A stretch of 64,000 nucleotides of DNA from Podarcis gaigeae (lineage: Eukaryota), in the NCBI GenBank assembly GCA_964106915.2, contig OZ066916.1, one strand, 5' to 3'. This document shows, piece by piece, positions 1-12,675 of the stretch. Under the pieces are notes generated by a model. The model was not told the origin of the DNA and searched no databases. It saw nothing but the letters and a program-made list of their open reading frames with translations. The position numbers and the translations under genes are program-made. Within the stretch, counting starts at the first letter, position 1; each line of letters opens with the position of its first letter.

Positions 1-64
1 TGGCTTCTCGTAGCGAGGGAACCAGCAGAAGGCCCTCGGCGCTGGACCTCGGTGTCCGGGCAGA
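1..64 (-). mobile_element. L2 LINE 3' fragment (cut by window edge)
   Basis: Reverse complement resembles the squamate L2 3' region (gaggtccagcgccgagggccttctg), also seen at about 28720-28750. Confidence 0.5.
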
Positions 65-508
65 GGTTTGGTTTGGTTCATGTCCTCCAAGCTTTTCTGA
101 TCATGAGGAAGAGCCCAAGCTATGGCTCCTCTCTACGCTAGCATTAGCCCTTTGTTTTCTTGTTTAAAACTGGGTTAAGCTTAGCATGAGGTGGAGCTTT
201 AGTACAGGCTCCTCCTCTATGGTCTGTGGCTTTCCAGTGCTGCTGGGTAGATTTCACCTGAAGCATCTGGAATTGGCCAGTGTCTGAGACAGGATTTAGG
301 ATAGAACAGTCACTTATGTTCTGAACTGATTTAAATTACATTGTTAGCAGGGCGGGGGGTTGTGTACAACATTAGAAAAATGATCTTTTTATTTTCAGGA
401 AAATGGAGCTCTTGCAATGTAAGTCTTGAACACGGTGGGCTGTACTGATTTTTCTTTTAACACAGTTCAGGCGTTGTACTGATCACATTTCTCTGCCTTC
501 TGCTTCAG

Positions 509-679
509 AACAAACTGAAGAAACGGATGTCTACCAGGATCTTTGCTGGCAACATCTGAGTGATGATTTTGTTTGTAGCCGGCCTCTTGTTGGAAAGCAA
601 ACCACTTACACGGAGTGCTGTTGTTTATACGGGGAGGCGTGGGGCATGCAGTGTGCCCTGTGCCCCATGAAGGACTCAG
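509..679 (+). CDS. LTBP1: LTBP1 coding exon (TB/8-cysteine domain), 171 nt
   Basis: Acceptor ctctgccttctgcttcag|AA, donor TCAG|gtaagg; encodes [43 protein letters not shown] with the CCC TB motif; absent from the ORF track. Confidence 0.96.
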
Positions 680-3600
680 GTAAGGCATCTCCTAGTGACC
701 TGAGGAATTTTTCATGACAAATCATTCACAGAAACTGTATATTCCCTCTTTCACTGCAGGAAGGACAGGGACACGGGGTAACATTGGTGTGTCCGGCGCT
801 GCACCCTTTCCACATGTTCCCCACACATTCTTTGAACCTGTGAAAACTGCTATGGAGGTCTCTTCCAGGCAATCTGTTTCATCAGCATTCAGCCTAATTT
901 ATTTGTGTAGAGGTTACATGACGTTGGCTATTTAATGCATGTTCACTCTGATTTGTTTACAGGGAAGCTAGACAATTGACTGCATTCACACCAGGCATTT
1001 AAAGCACATCCCTTCTCTCCCCCACTCCAAAAATCATGTGAACTGTAGTTGGTCCCAGGGTGCTGGGAATTGTGGCTCTGTGAGGGGTAAACTCCAGTTC
1101 CCAGGATTCTCTAGGGGGTGCTTTAGATGTGCTTTGAATGTATGGTGCCTGTGCAGCCAATGTTGCATCAAAGCAGGCATTATCCCACACTTTTCTGTCC
1201 GTTTTCTTTTCACTTTCCTCATTGGAGAGTCTGGTCTTTTGGGGGAAGTGGGTTTGTTTCGCAAGAACTCCAAATCATCTTTAATTGCACAGCCAGAACT
1301 TGCCAGGGTGTGATTGACCCCCCTCCCCCCAAAAAAGAAGTAATAGTCTGGAAGTGCACTGAGTCACTTTGCGTCTTCTATGGAACCCAAGCCAATGTGA
1401 GTTTATATGATTCATTTCAATAGGGTACCATTCCTTCAGCGTTCTGTAAAGTTACTCATTTCTGTCTCATGTGGTAAAACTTTAATAAATCCATGGGAAA
1501 TCCTACAACTGAAAATGAATGATGCATTTTCTGTAATAGTATGTCAGTTTTACCATGTAAGGCTGCATTTAAAAATATGACTAACTCACAGGAGAGTGGT
1601 GGGGAATTGTCACCCTGTGGGTGGTAATATTTTCTCATATAATAAATTTTATAAACTGCTTTGAGTTGTGACAACAAATCCATAGAGACTTACAACATGG
1701 TGATTGATTCTAGTGGTGTGAATATGTGAACTCACCTAACGTTGTGGTGGTTGCCAATATTTTAGCTTCTGAGAGGGAGGAGTAAAGGCAGTATATGTAA
1801 TAAAGCATATTCTCCAACACTAAATAACATAATGGTGGCATAATACAGAGATGTATACAGTGGTACCTCGGGTTAAGTACTTAATTCGTTCAGGAGGTCC
1901 GTTCTTAACCTGAAACTGTTCTTAACCTGAAGCACCACTTTAGCTAATGGGGCCTCCCGCTGCCGCCGTGCGATTTCTGTTCTCACCCTGAAGCAAAGTT
2001 CTTAGTCCAAGGTACTATTTCTGGGTTAGCGGAGTCTGTAACCTGAAGCGTATGTAACCCGAGGTACCGCTGTAGTGATATTTTCTAAAGTGGAGGTAGT
2101 CAACATGGTGCCTACCAGATGTTGCTGGACTGCAGTTTCCATCCCCCCTGACTACTGACCATGCTGGATGGGGCTGATTGGAGTGGGAGTCAAGCAACAT
2201 ACAGTGAGCCACAAGTTCCCCATCCTTATCCTAGGGAATTAGCCCCATTGAACTCTGTGAGACTTAATTCTGAGTAAGCCTGCATAGGGTTGGAATGCCA
2301 AAGCCAGATCTGTGTAAGACATTTTTGTCCTTGGTAATATTTTCCTCTAATATTTTCTTGAAATATTAGAAATCTTTGTGCTAGCCCATTTCTTTATAGA
2401 ATGCTGCTGCATTGTTGGCATAACATCATGCTTTTAGAGAGTGCTGCAAATATTTGGCTAATATGTGTCTAACCTTTCGGTAATTTAAATAACCCCTCTG
2501 AAATCCATCTTCTGCAAACTGCCCATCGAGTTAAAACGGCAAATGTATACTGAATTTGTTTCCTGCTTTCTCTGAGTGGCACCTTAAGGAAGAGTTTAAG
2601 GGAAGGAAGTTGTTTTCCATGGCAGATCAGATGAATAGCTATTGTATGCCCTGCAGAGCTTCGGCATGTTATATAATTATTCAATTTCCTGCTTCTAATT
2701 GTCTCTGTTGTGCGTAGGTGCCCTTATTCATGGCATTCCCTGAGATCTTCAATTTAAGACTCTCATATGGAAGACGGATGTAGCCATCGTGGTACTCCGA
2801 GATGTTTGTTTGACTCCATCTCCCATCAGCTTCAGCCAGCATGGCAAATGGTTAAGGTTGATGGGAGTGTTAATCTAACAGCATCTGAAGGGCACAATAT
2901 TGACTTCTCCTAATCTAGAAAGTCTCAGTCATCTGCCCTATTTTAAGCTGATTTGTCCTTTGAAACAAAAACCAAAAAAACCCCACATTCCAGCAACTTT
3001 TCTCCACACAATCCAGCAAGCTGTGTTTTCAGTTTCACTGAGTGTTGCCAGGATGGGCCAGGTGGGAGGTGGAAATGGGGTGTTATAAAAATCCAAACAG
3101 GAATATGGTGCATGCGTGACTTCTGGTTTCGATACTGCAGCTGGCTAGAAGATTTTAAAACATTTTCCTAATAAAAACTCCGTATTTAATGCAACAAAAC
3201 ATTTTCCATTGGAAGGAATTCCTTCATGGCCTTCTATGAGTTTTACATTTTTGATTGATTATTTAGATTCTATTGTCAAAACTCAGCTTCAGGCATCACT
3301 TGCCAGCTACCACATCACAGTGTTTGAAATCAAGCAAAGCTGAGGTTGTTTATTGGAAGTCACTTGAATTTCCAGCGATCAGCGGATTCTGTGTGAATCG
3401 GATGTTTTAATAATGAACTGTAGAAACCACCTCTCTTTCATTTCATCTCAAGCAGGACGGCTGGTATTTTCTGTAAATTTGTGTCAGTTAAAGTAGATGG
3501 TGGTATTTTTTATTTTAGAAAGGAACATTGTTTTCCAGGACTGATTCTTGTATCAAAAAGCACGTTAATGCATCGCTGTTGTAGCCTATTGTTTATGTTG

Positions 3601-6600
3601 TTGTTATTTATTCAGTTTATATATCAGCCCCACATATAATGCATTACAGTAGTTTATGCAAGAGAGTATGGAGAACTGAGAACTGAGACCAGGGAATGCA
3701 ACTCCTCCCATTGAAAATTGTACATCTGATGAGTGGATATGGGAGCCACTCACCCACAACACTTCCATCTTATCATAATTCAGCCTTATTTTATTGACCT
3801 TCATCCAGTACATCACTGCTTTTGGACGACTGTCCAGCACTTTCAGAGCCTCTCCTTATTCTGATGGAATGGAGATACAGAGCTGAGTGTTACCAACACA
3901 CTGGGGACACCATGCTCCAAATCCCTGGATGATGGCTCCCAATGATTTCATATAAATGCTAAATAGCATAGGAGACAGAATGGACCCCACAACCCCAAAG
4001 CCATGGAGATGAGCAGCCATCTCCTTGTACTCCTGTAATGCAGCACCTCCAACTCCCACCAGTGTGGTGTAGCGGTTAAGAGTGGTAGACTCATAATCTG
4101 GTGAACTGGGTTCACGTCTCCGCTCCTTCACATGCAGCTGCTGCACGACCTTGGGCTAGTCACACTTCTCTGAAGTCTCTCAGCCTCACTCACCTCACAG
4201 AGTGTTAGTTTTGGGGGAGGAAGGGAAAAGGAGATTGTTAGCCACTTTGAGACTCCTTTCGTTGTTGTCGTTTAGTCGTTGTCAGGGAACTGCCATCAGA
4301 ACGAGAGACGGAGGCAGGGCCACCCAGCGATGACGGAGAGGGGACGAGCAGGGGAGAAGGATTTCAACGTAACACCCATAGAGAAGAGAGGGAGATGGAG
4401 GAATTGGTGACAGGGCTCCAAGACCCTTCCCCTGACGATAGTGGAGAGAGCGCTGGGACGCCCCTGCCTTCCCCTTACTTGCGCAGACGCGTTCCGCGCA
4501 GAGAACATAGGAGGAGACTCGGGGTCAAACAGCTTTTATGCTGGAAGAGGTTCAAGAGACGCCCACTCTCGGATTCTGCAAGTGACTAACAGGTCACGGA
4601 GGGCGAGCTCTGACCCTGGGCATGGTTGGGGCAAGCAAGCTAACTGAACTGAAGTAAGGTTACGCACAAGTAATCCCTAACAACCATTACAGTCGTGTCC
4701 GACTCTTCATGACCCCATGGACCAGAGCACGCCAGGCACTCCTGTCTTCTGTCCATGGAGTTTTCTTGGCAGGAATACTGGAGTGGCTTGCCGGTTCCTG
4801 CTCCATTAAGACTCCTTAGGGTAGTGATAAAGTGGGATATCAAATCCGAATTCTACTACTACGACTTCTGCTTCTGCTTGAGCTGCTCCTTGAGCTATTC
4901 CATAAAAAGAAATGTCAGGCAATCTAGCAAAATCATAACTGAGTGTAGGGCAGTATATAAATTCAAATCATCATCATCATCATAACTGACAACCTGTATC
5001 TGGAGGGGGAGTGCTGCCCTGTTACTTCTAACTGACTTCCATAAGTGGCTGAATGGAAGGACAAGTGGGACAAAAGACACACATCATTTTTAAAATAAGG
5101 GCTGTATTTGCATATGGTGCTAAGCAAATGGAGGAAAGTGCTGGCTCCCAAGGTGGTGATCACAGCCACTTTGCTCTTCCTTGGTTCTTTTAGCTCAGTG
5201 TGGTCCAGCAGCTAAGCCAAAGTTTGGCTTTGCATGCCATCCAAACTCAGGATCATGTTAAGCACTCTCCTCCTTAATCACGAACTGCAGCCAAGATTTG
5301 TTTTTTGGCAACAGGTCACTGTTAAGGAGGGTTCAGATGATACATTAAGCCAAATTTTAGTTGGTGCACTGCACTGAACTACACTGAACTAAAATAACCC
5401 AGGACAGAACCCACATGGTACCACAGATCCTGTATGCATTCCCTAGCTGTTCTGGTTTGCTGGCACAGGGGTGGCATGTTACATTGGCACATAGGATCTG
5501 TGGATTACACTTCAAAATTTTATAAAAGTAATATGTGGTGTTTATGGATAGATAAATAGAACAAACACAACTTGCCCCAATTTCGATTGTGAACTACAAG
5601 TGGATGCTAAGCAATTAACGTTCTTGTTTCATTTTTGGTCGCCTGTAGTTTTCCATATGTGATTCAGAATGCAGTACAGTGGAATGCAGGGGCTCAGTAG
5701 GTAATTAGCTTATATATCTGCAGTCTACACCTTAAAAACATTTACCATCTTGGGGAAATTTCCCAAGAAAACCAGAACTGAATTGTGTATGAAAGAATCA
5801 TTTGCCCTTCAAGGTTTAGTGTTTAAGAACATAAGAAGTGATTATGTTGGCGCAGGAGGAAACTTTCACACCTCTCAACCAGTAGGTTATAGGTTCAAGT
5901 CCTGTCTGGGAAAACTGGACTTACGCCATATTACAATCTTAGATTTATATATTGATGGGGCCTGATTTACTACTGGAACTTCATGTTTATTTCCATAAAT
6001 ATATTGAACATATGGTTACAGAAAACAGGGGAAACAGAGTATTTAGATGATTATGTTGTGCTTGTAGCAACACATTTCTGCTTTTTCTGTTTCTGTGCTA
6101 TGCAGTTGTTTTTTAAATCAGAATTTTCTTGTACTCAGAGATGCAAGCGATGCACATTTAAAAATCCACATTGTGACTCTGAGTAAAGTTGCTATTGTCT
6201 GTCTTTTTCCAAAATAGTTAGAATAACCTACTTTTGAAGCTGGCTTCAAATTTTGTGTGCATTTCATTCTGGGGATATTTTGACAGTCTGCATTTTAAAG
6301 TTGTAGCAGTGGAAAGCAAATCAATAACCTGAAGAAAAGAATATCTGAAACTCTACAATTCTATGAAAATATTATCAGGATGATTGATTTATGTGGGGAT
6401 GAAGAGAAGGTAAAACTCCCAGCAATCATAAAAGAGATGGGGGGGGTGTGTTTCTGATTCATATTAAAACAAAACATACATTCACATAAATAGTGAGTGA
6501 GAGGTTGGCAGATGATTTAAACCATATAAATAATTGGAATGAGAGGTGCCATCTGACACACTTCTGAAACTGCAAACTCATGCCAGTGCTGTAGGCTGAA

Positions 6601-6853
6601 ATACTGGCACAAAATACTTGGAGTTAGGTTTCAAGTCTTCCTTCTAACCCAGACTCGCAAGATATATCCAAACTTCCAAAAGATTATTAGTCATGGCTAT
6701 CACATTCAACTAACAATGATCAAAATATGGACATAATTTTTCCATAGCATATGACGCATACTTCCTTAGCTGTGAAGATGCCATAATTCCACAAGAGTGC
6801 AAAATGAGCTAGAGGTACAAAATGCAGCTTCTTTAGAATCTCACCTCTTATTT

Positions 6854-6900
<47 letters not shown>

Positions 6901-9900
6901 TCTAACATCTCAATCTTACAACATGTGTGCTTAGAGATAAGTAGGATTGAATTCAACGGAGCTTACTCCCAGGTGTGTAGGGTTTAGGATTATTATAGCC
7001 TTCCTCTCTTGTGAGTAGGGCTTCGCTTATATAGTTATTTAAATATTTATATAATTCAGTGTCGTCGTAGCCATACAAAAGTTACAGCAACAATGAAAAC
7101 ATCAATAAAATATTGGGGGGGGGGGGACACAAAACTATAAATACTGGGTAGTTTAAAGAAAATTCACATTTCAAAGGCCTGTCAACAGAACACTGTTTTT
7201 AGGCGATGACTACAAGAATGCTAGGATGGTTCTTCCAAAGAGTTGCACAGGGCAAGACCTGCTACACTAAAAGCTCAGTCCCTAGCGAAGGCCCCATCAG
7301 AGGATCTCAGAGATCAAAGTGGGACACAGTGGGCCCAGATTGTTTAGGGCTTTGTGAATTAGCACAAGAACCTTGAACCTGGCCCAGTAATGAATTGACA
7401 GCCTATTTTGCTTTGTGGCTGCAAAGATTACAATCCTTACACCTGAAAAGGTAACGTTAAAAGTGTATGGGCAATGCCTGCTAAAATCGCAGAAGCCAGA
7501 GCCCATGGTGGCAGGCCTGTGTCTTAAACTTGGATTGTTGTGAAATGCCTATGAAGTGGCAGATGATACATGAGAAATAGGTGGGAAGAGACTGTTGGAG
7601 CTGCCCACCATCCATACGTTCAGTTCCGCTTCTCTCTCCCGCTGTTCCCGTCCCCCCCCCCCCCAGTGTGACCGTGAAATTGGAAGTTGAGACAGTTCCT
7701 TGCATAGAGAAAGGGAGACTGGAGTGGGAATATATTGCACAATCAGTTCCTAGGAGGTAGCGACTGGGTTCCAGCCTTCATCGAATGATAAATTTCTCCA
7801 TGGCTGTGTGGTTTGACTGCCTCTGAACAGCATCTGCAAATTGGACATAACATGGTTAAGTGTGTAGGTCTTTGGCCTCTTCAACAGAATCAAGTCACAG
7901 ATTTCAAAAAATAAAGAAGAGGGGAAGGGAAGGTGGAATTCTTTCTTTAGAACAGGGAAAGTTCCAGCTTCTGTGTCAGAAGCTGTGCATGTTTCATACT
8001 TTTGGGTTTTCATGAGAGCAAACTAGTTCCTTAAAGGTAAAGGGACCCCTGACCATTAGGTCCAGTCGTGGCCGACTCTGGGGTTGCGGCGCTCATCTCG
8101 CTTTATTGGCCGAGGGAGCCGGCGTACAGCTTCCGGGTCATGTGACCAGCATGACTAAGCCGCTTCTGGCGAACCAAAGCAGCGCACGGAAACGCCGTTT
8201 ACCTTCCTGCCGGAGCAGGAAGGTATCTACTTGCACTTTGACGTGCTTTCGAACTGCTAGATTGGCAGGAGCAGGGACCAAGCAACGGGAGCTCACCCCG
8301 TCGCGGGGATTCGAACTGCCGACCTTCTGATCGGCAAGTCCTAGGCTCTGTGGTTTAACCCACAGTGCCATCTGCGTCAACTAGTTCCTTATGGACCCCA
8401 AAAAGCAAGTGGAAGAGCAATCCTAAGCATGTTTACTCAGAAGTAAATTTCCTCCCTGAGTTTAATGGGGCATATTATCTAGTTAGTATGTTTAGCATTC
8501 ATTAAGGCAGTTAAAACTGGGTTATTAAGGAATAGTTTTAAAAATATTTAAAACCAGGGATTTTCTGCTAAGATAGCTACTGATTTTATACAGTAAAAGC
8601 ATTCTCACCAGAGAGATCTGGCCGAAAATGCATTTATTTCAACAGCTTTCCTAGCTACAATTACAGCATGTTTCTCCAAGGCACGAGCTATGTTTTTCCA
8701 GAGTAGCGTTGATGCAAATAACATTTTAACAATCAGGTTTTTGTTAGCAAATGACTGGGGAAAATTGATTAAATTATGATTGGAGCAATTTCTCACAGCA
8801 GTTTAATAATAATAATAATACTGCTAAATATTTCCAGCAGCTCTGCAAAAGTTTCCTCCCCTTCTCTCCCCACATCATCCTCTCCCTTTTATGTTTCATT
8901 CTTCAAGTTTCAGGAGGGACTAGCCAGCACTGCTGACATCAGATTCCATCTCTTCCTGGATTCAGTTGTCACCAAGTGAAACAAAAGCAGGTGGTGCTTA
9001 GAAAAGGGAATCATAGATGCCTGAAGCCATTTGTCACTCTGACAGGGTTTATTTGCATCGCGTACAATGTGTCACTAAATCTGCTGGGCAATAAATATGG
9101 TTGTAGCTTTCCAGAATGCTGTATAAAATGATATACTAGATTAGCAGGCCTCTAGCACACTGCACAATGTAATTACCTTGATCCTCAACACATTTATTTT
9201 GACTTATTTCCAAGTAAGCATGCTTAAGATCGTAGGCCTGTCACATTCCGCACCAGCTGTGAAACCACATGGGGCAACCAGAACTAGGCCAAGTAAAAGT
9301 GTCTGTGCCCTTGGTTGTTTGATTGTGTTTGCTGCGGGCACACCAGTGTTTCCTGCCATATTGTATTTTGAGAGCTGGAAGAATGAAATGCCCCTTCGGT
9401 AGAAACACCATCTTTGATAAGATTTTGGGATTCTCTTTCGAAGCATGAATAACACTCTCAATTTGGAGGCTGCGAGCTTCCTCTTTTCTTTTCTGGACTG
9501 CACATTTGACCAGTTCCTTTTGAAAATGGCATGTGTGTGTGTGTGTGTGTGTGTGTGCGCAAGAACTGCTTTTTGTCACATTGGATCCAATCAAGAATAC
9601 ACTGGGGCTGATGGATGGCACATCTGGCCGGCACCAGCTTGGCAAAAGTCAACTGGGAGGAAAACTTTGCTTGAGGTTTTAGCTGTATTTGCTGACTAAA
9701 AGTTCCAAGCCGGATTTCTCTCCCACAGTCTCCTGCCTCTCAGAACTCCTAGATCAGATCCTCTCTGAGATCAGTAGCTGTGTTTCCTAGGGATGGGCAA
9801 CACTGTCCGTTGTGGTTTATCTCAGTCTCTTGTTTTTCCAATCTTAAGTTCAGTTCTCCACATTTCCATACCAGTTTGCAATTTTGTTGTCATGTCCTCA

Positions 9901-12625
9901 TGAAAATTCACCAGCATTTTCTTGTAGTGTACAGTACATATTTTTCCTACGTGATTTTGCCTGATATACACAAATTTACAGATCTCCTCCTAATACAAGA
10001 ATGTGATTTTGTATGTTCTTTTCAGTAATATATGAGTTTTTATGCAAATTTGCCCTTAGTATCTGTATTTTCATATATATTACTTGGCTAGAGAGCTGTG
10101 CTACAAAATCTGGAGGGTGAGGATTTTGATTGATGGCTGCATTTCAGTTCCCATATTGTCTCAGCAAGTGCGAATTATGTAGGTTCACCTTTCAATGCAA
10201 ACAGAATCAAATTTTCCCCGATGTTTCCCTCACAGCTTCTAATGCTGCTTGTCACCATTCCTAGGCAGGGCAGACAAATTCCATGCCACTATCACAGAAG
10301 CATAAATGAGGGAAGAATCATGTTTCCCCTGGTACAAACTCTTAATGTTTGCATAGTACAGAAACTTGATAACTCTTCACCATAGGCTTGTAGGAAGGTT
10401 GTGAGCTCTAAACAACAAAGATATATACGATTACTGGTAGGGGGAAATACATCCTGTGGAGTCACTCTAAGGTTGACAGGTTAAAAGGTAAGAAGTTAGT
10501 AACATAAACTTGTGTCCCCCAAAATAAATTGTGTATATTATGGAGCTGGAATAAGAAGCAAGCCTTTAAAAAATAAGGGATTACCTTAAAATATCAGGTA
10601 ACACCTAGACATCATCTTAAATCTGGGGAAGAAAAATGCTTATGGACATAGGTGGCGCTGTGGTCTAAACCACAGAGCCTAGGGCTTGCCGATCAGAAGG
10701 TTGGCGGTTCAAATCCCTGCGACGGGATGAGCTCCCGTTGCTCGGTCCCTGCTTCTGCCAACCTAGCAGTTCGAAAGCACGTCAAAGTCAAAGTAGATAA
10801 ATAGGTACCACTCCGGTGGGAAGGTAAACGGCGTTTCCGTGCGCTGCTCTGGTTCGCATGTGGTCATGCTGGCCACATGACCCGGAAATTGTACGCTGGC
10901 TCCCTCGGCCAGTAAAGTGAGATGAGCGCCGCAACCCCAGAGTCATCCACAACTAGACCTAACGGTCAGGGGTCCCTTTACCTTTTATGCTTGTTTACTT
11001 TAAAACTATTACCTACCTAGTTCAGTATGGTTTTCCCCACCCCCAGGTGTCCTTTTAACTGAACCAAAAGGGTGTTTTCACAAGTAATGCTAAATATTAC
11101 CTTTTAGACTATTGACTGTTCTCTACAATGAAAAGTAGAGAATTTATTTTAAGCAGCATAGAATTTAGATTGGAATTTCAAGTGCAGGACTAACAAAAGG
11201 CAACAAAAGAACTCTTGTTGGATCTCTGGTCCAGCATCCTGTTACTACAGTAGCCAACCAGATGCCTATGAGAAGCTTGCAAGCAAAGCCTGAGCACAAC
11301 AGCATCTTCTCCTCCTGCAGCTTCTAGCAACTGGTCTTCAGAAGCATACAGCCTCCAACTGTGGAGGTCTGAATTTGAATTCCTTATGAAATGGGCAAAG
11401 ACAGGCAGGTCAGATGTTCAGACCGCTGCTTGAGGGAGGGAAAGCAGCAAAAGAAGGAAACTGTTATTCCCACCTCAATGAGCACTGAAATGTTTATATT
11501 CCATTAATTTTATCGGGATTATCCATTGCTTACATCACCGGATCGCATGTTCTTTTGGTCAGTAAGAAAACAGCAACAGCAACAAAATCAATCATGATTT
11601 GACCAGCCCCTGAGAAAGATGCAGACCAGTTGTGCAAACAGAAAATGATGCGGAGGGAAAACTCGTTTCACTGAAAATCATGCACATTTCAAGGAACATC
11701 GATTCATCATAGGAAAGTACCAGTGTACTTGTCTCCTTTAGAACCAGAAATTATGAAATCATTTGTACTTGGCTTTCATGCATATACTTTCCTTCCAGCT
11801 TTCCTCTTTCACTGGCTGTCCTTACACTCAACAGTTATTTTTTTATACATGTAATTCTCTTGGTAAAAGTGTTTCATGCAAAAAAAAAATTGTTTGGTTT
11901 ATTAATATAGTGTTGGCATGATCATGCATACATAACTAGTATAAAATAATGTATAGAAAAACTATTCAAGATACCTTAAGTACTAACCCACATAGTTAGC
12001 ACATAGTGCCCAACCAAGTTTTGGTGTTGCAGGAACAAACTCAGTGTTTGTGCACCCCTCCATTACCCCCTTGTTTCACATACTACAGTGGTACCTCGAG
12101 TTAAGTACTTAATTTGTTCTGGAGGTCTGTTCTTAACCTGAAACTGTTCTTAACCTGAATCACTACTCCTGCTGCTGGGGCCTCCTGCTGCTGCCGCGCC
12201 GCTGGAGCACGATTTCTGTTCTCATCCTGAAGCAAAGTTCTTAACCCGAGGTACTATTTCTGGGTTAGCGGAGTCTGTAACCTGAAGTGTATGTAACCCG
12301 AGGTACCACTGTACACTTCATTACAAACTGACTTTCGGGTTTGGTGGGTGTGCGTCAGTAAACGAGGGGAATTAAGACTAAGAGAACTGAGTGGGGGGTG
12401 CTCGTGTAATCTCACTGTATACAAGTTGTACAAGTGACAATAAAGTATTTCAGTATTTCTATTTCAATTAGTTTCTTCCTGGTTAGTGGAAAAGCATAAG
12501 TTGCAATGACATTTGAACCAGCAAACTATGTTTTCCATGTGCCCTGCAAACCAGGATTGCAAATCAGTGTTCCTGGTCCAGATGTAGTAGCACACAATGG
12601 TTTGCTACAAACCAGTAAACACACA

Positions 12626-12675
<50 letters not shown>

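Larger units (their letters stand above)
4058..4875 (+). mobile_element. Squam3-like (MIR/Ther-1-derived) SINE, split into 4058-4258 and 4818-4875 by a nested insertion
   Basis: tRNA-like head ccagtgtggtgtagcggttaagag...gggttc, core gaccttgggctagtcac; 3' part agggtagtgataaagtgggatatcaaatcc plus simple tail resumes after the insert. Confidence 0.85.

Noticed and set aside
4755-4985. [16 protein letters not shown]...
   Set aside because: Antisense translation of BovB/Bov-A-like sequence running into the SINE tail; a familiar artefact, not a gene.
8106-8380. Recurring ORFs [13 protein letters not shown]... (also at 14869, 19159, 25193, 38705 and 61994) that look like a paralogous family
   Set aside because: All are translations of Sauria SINE copies.
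10644-10740. tRNA-like sequences with A and B boxes
   Set aside because: SINE heads, not complete tRNA genes.
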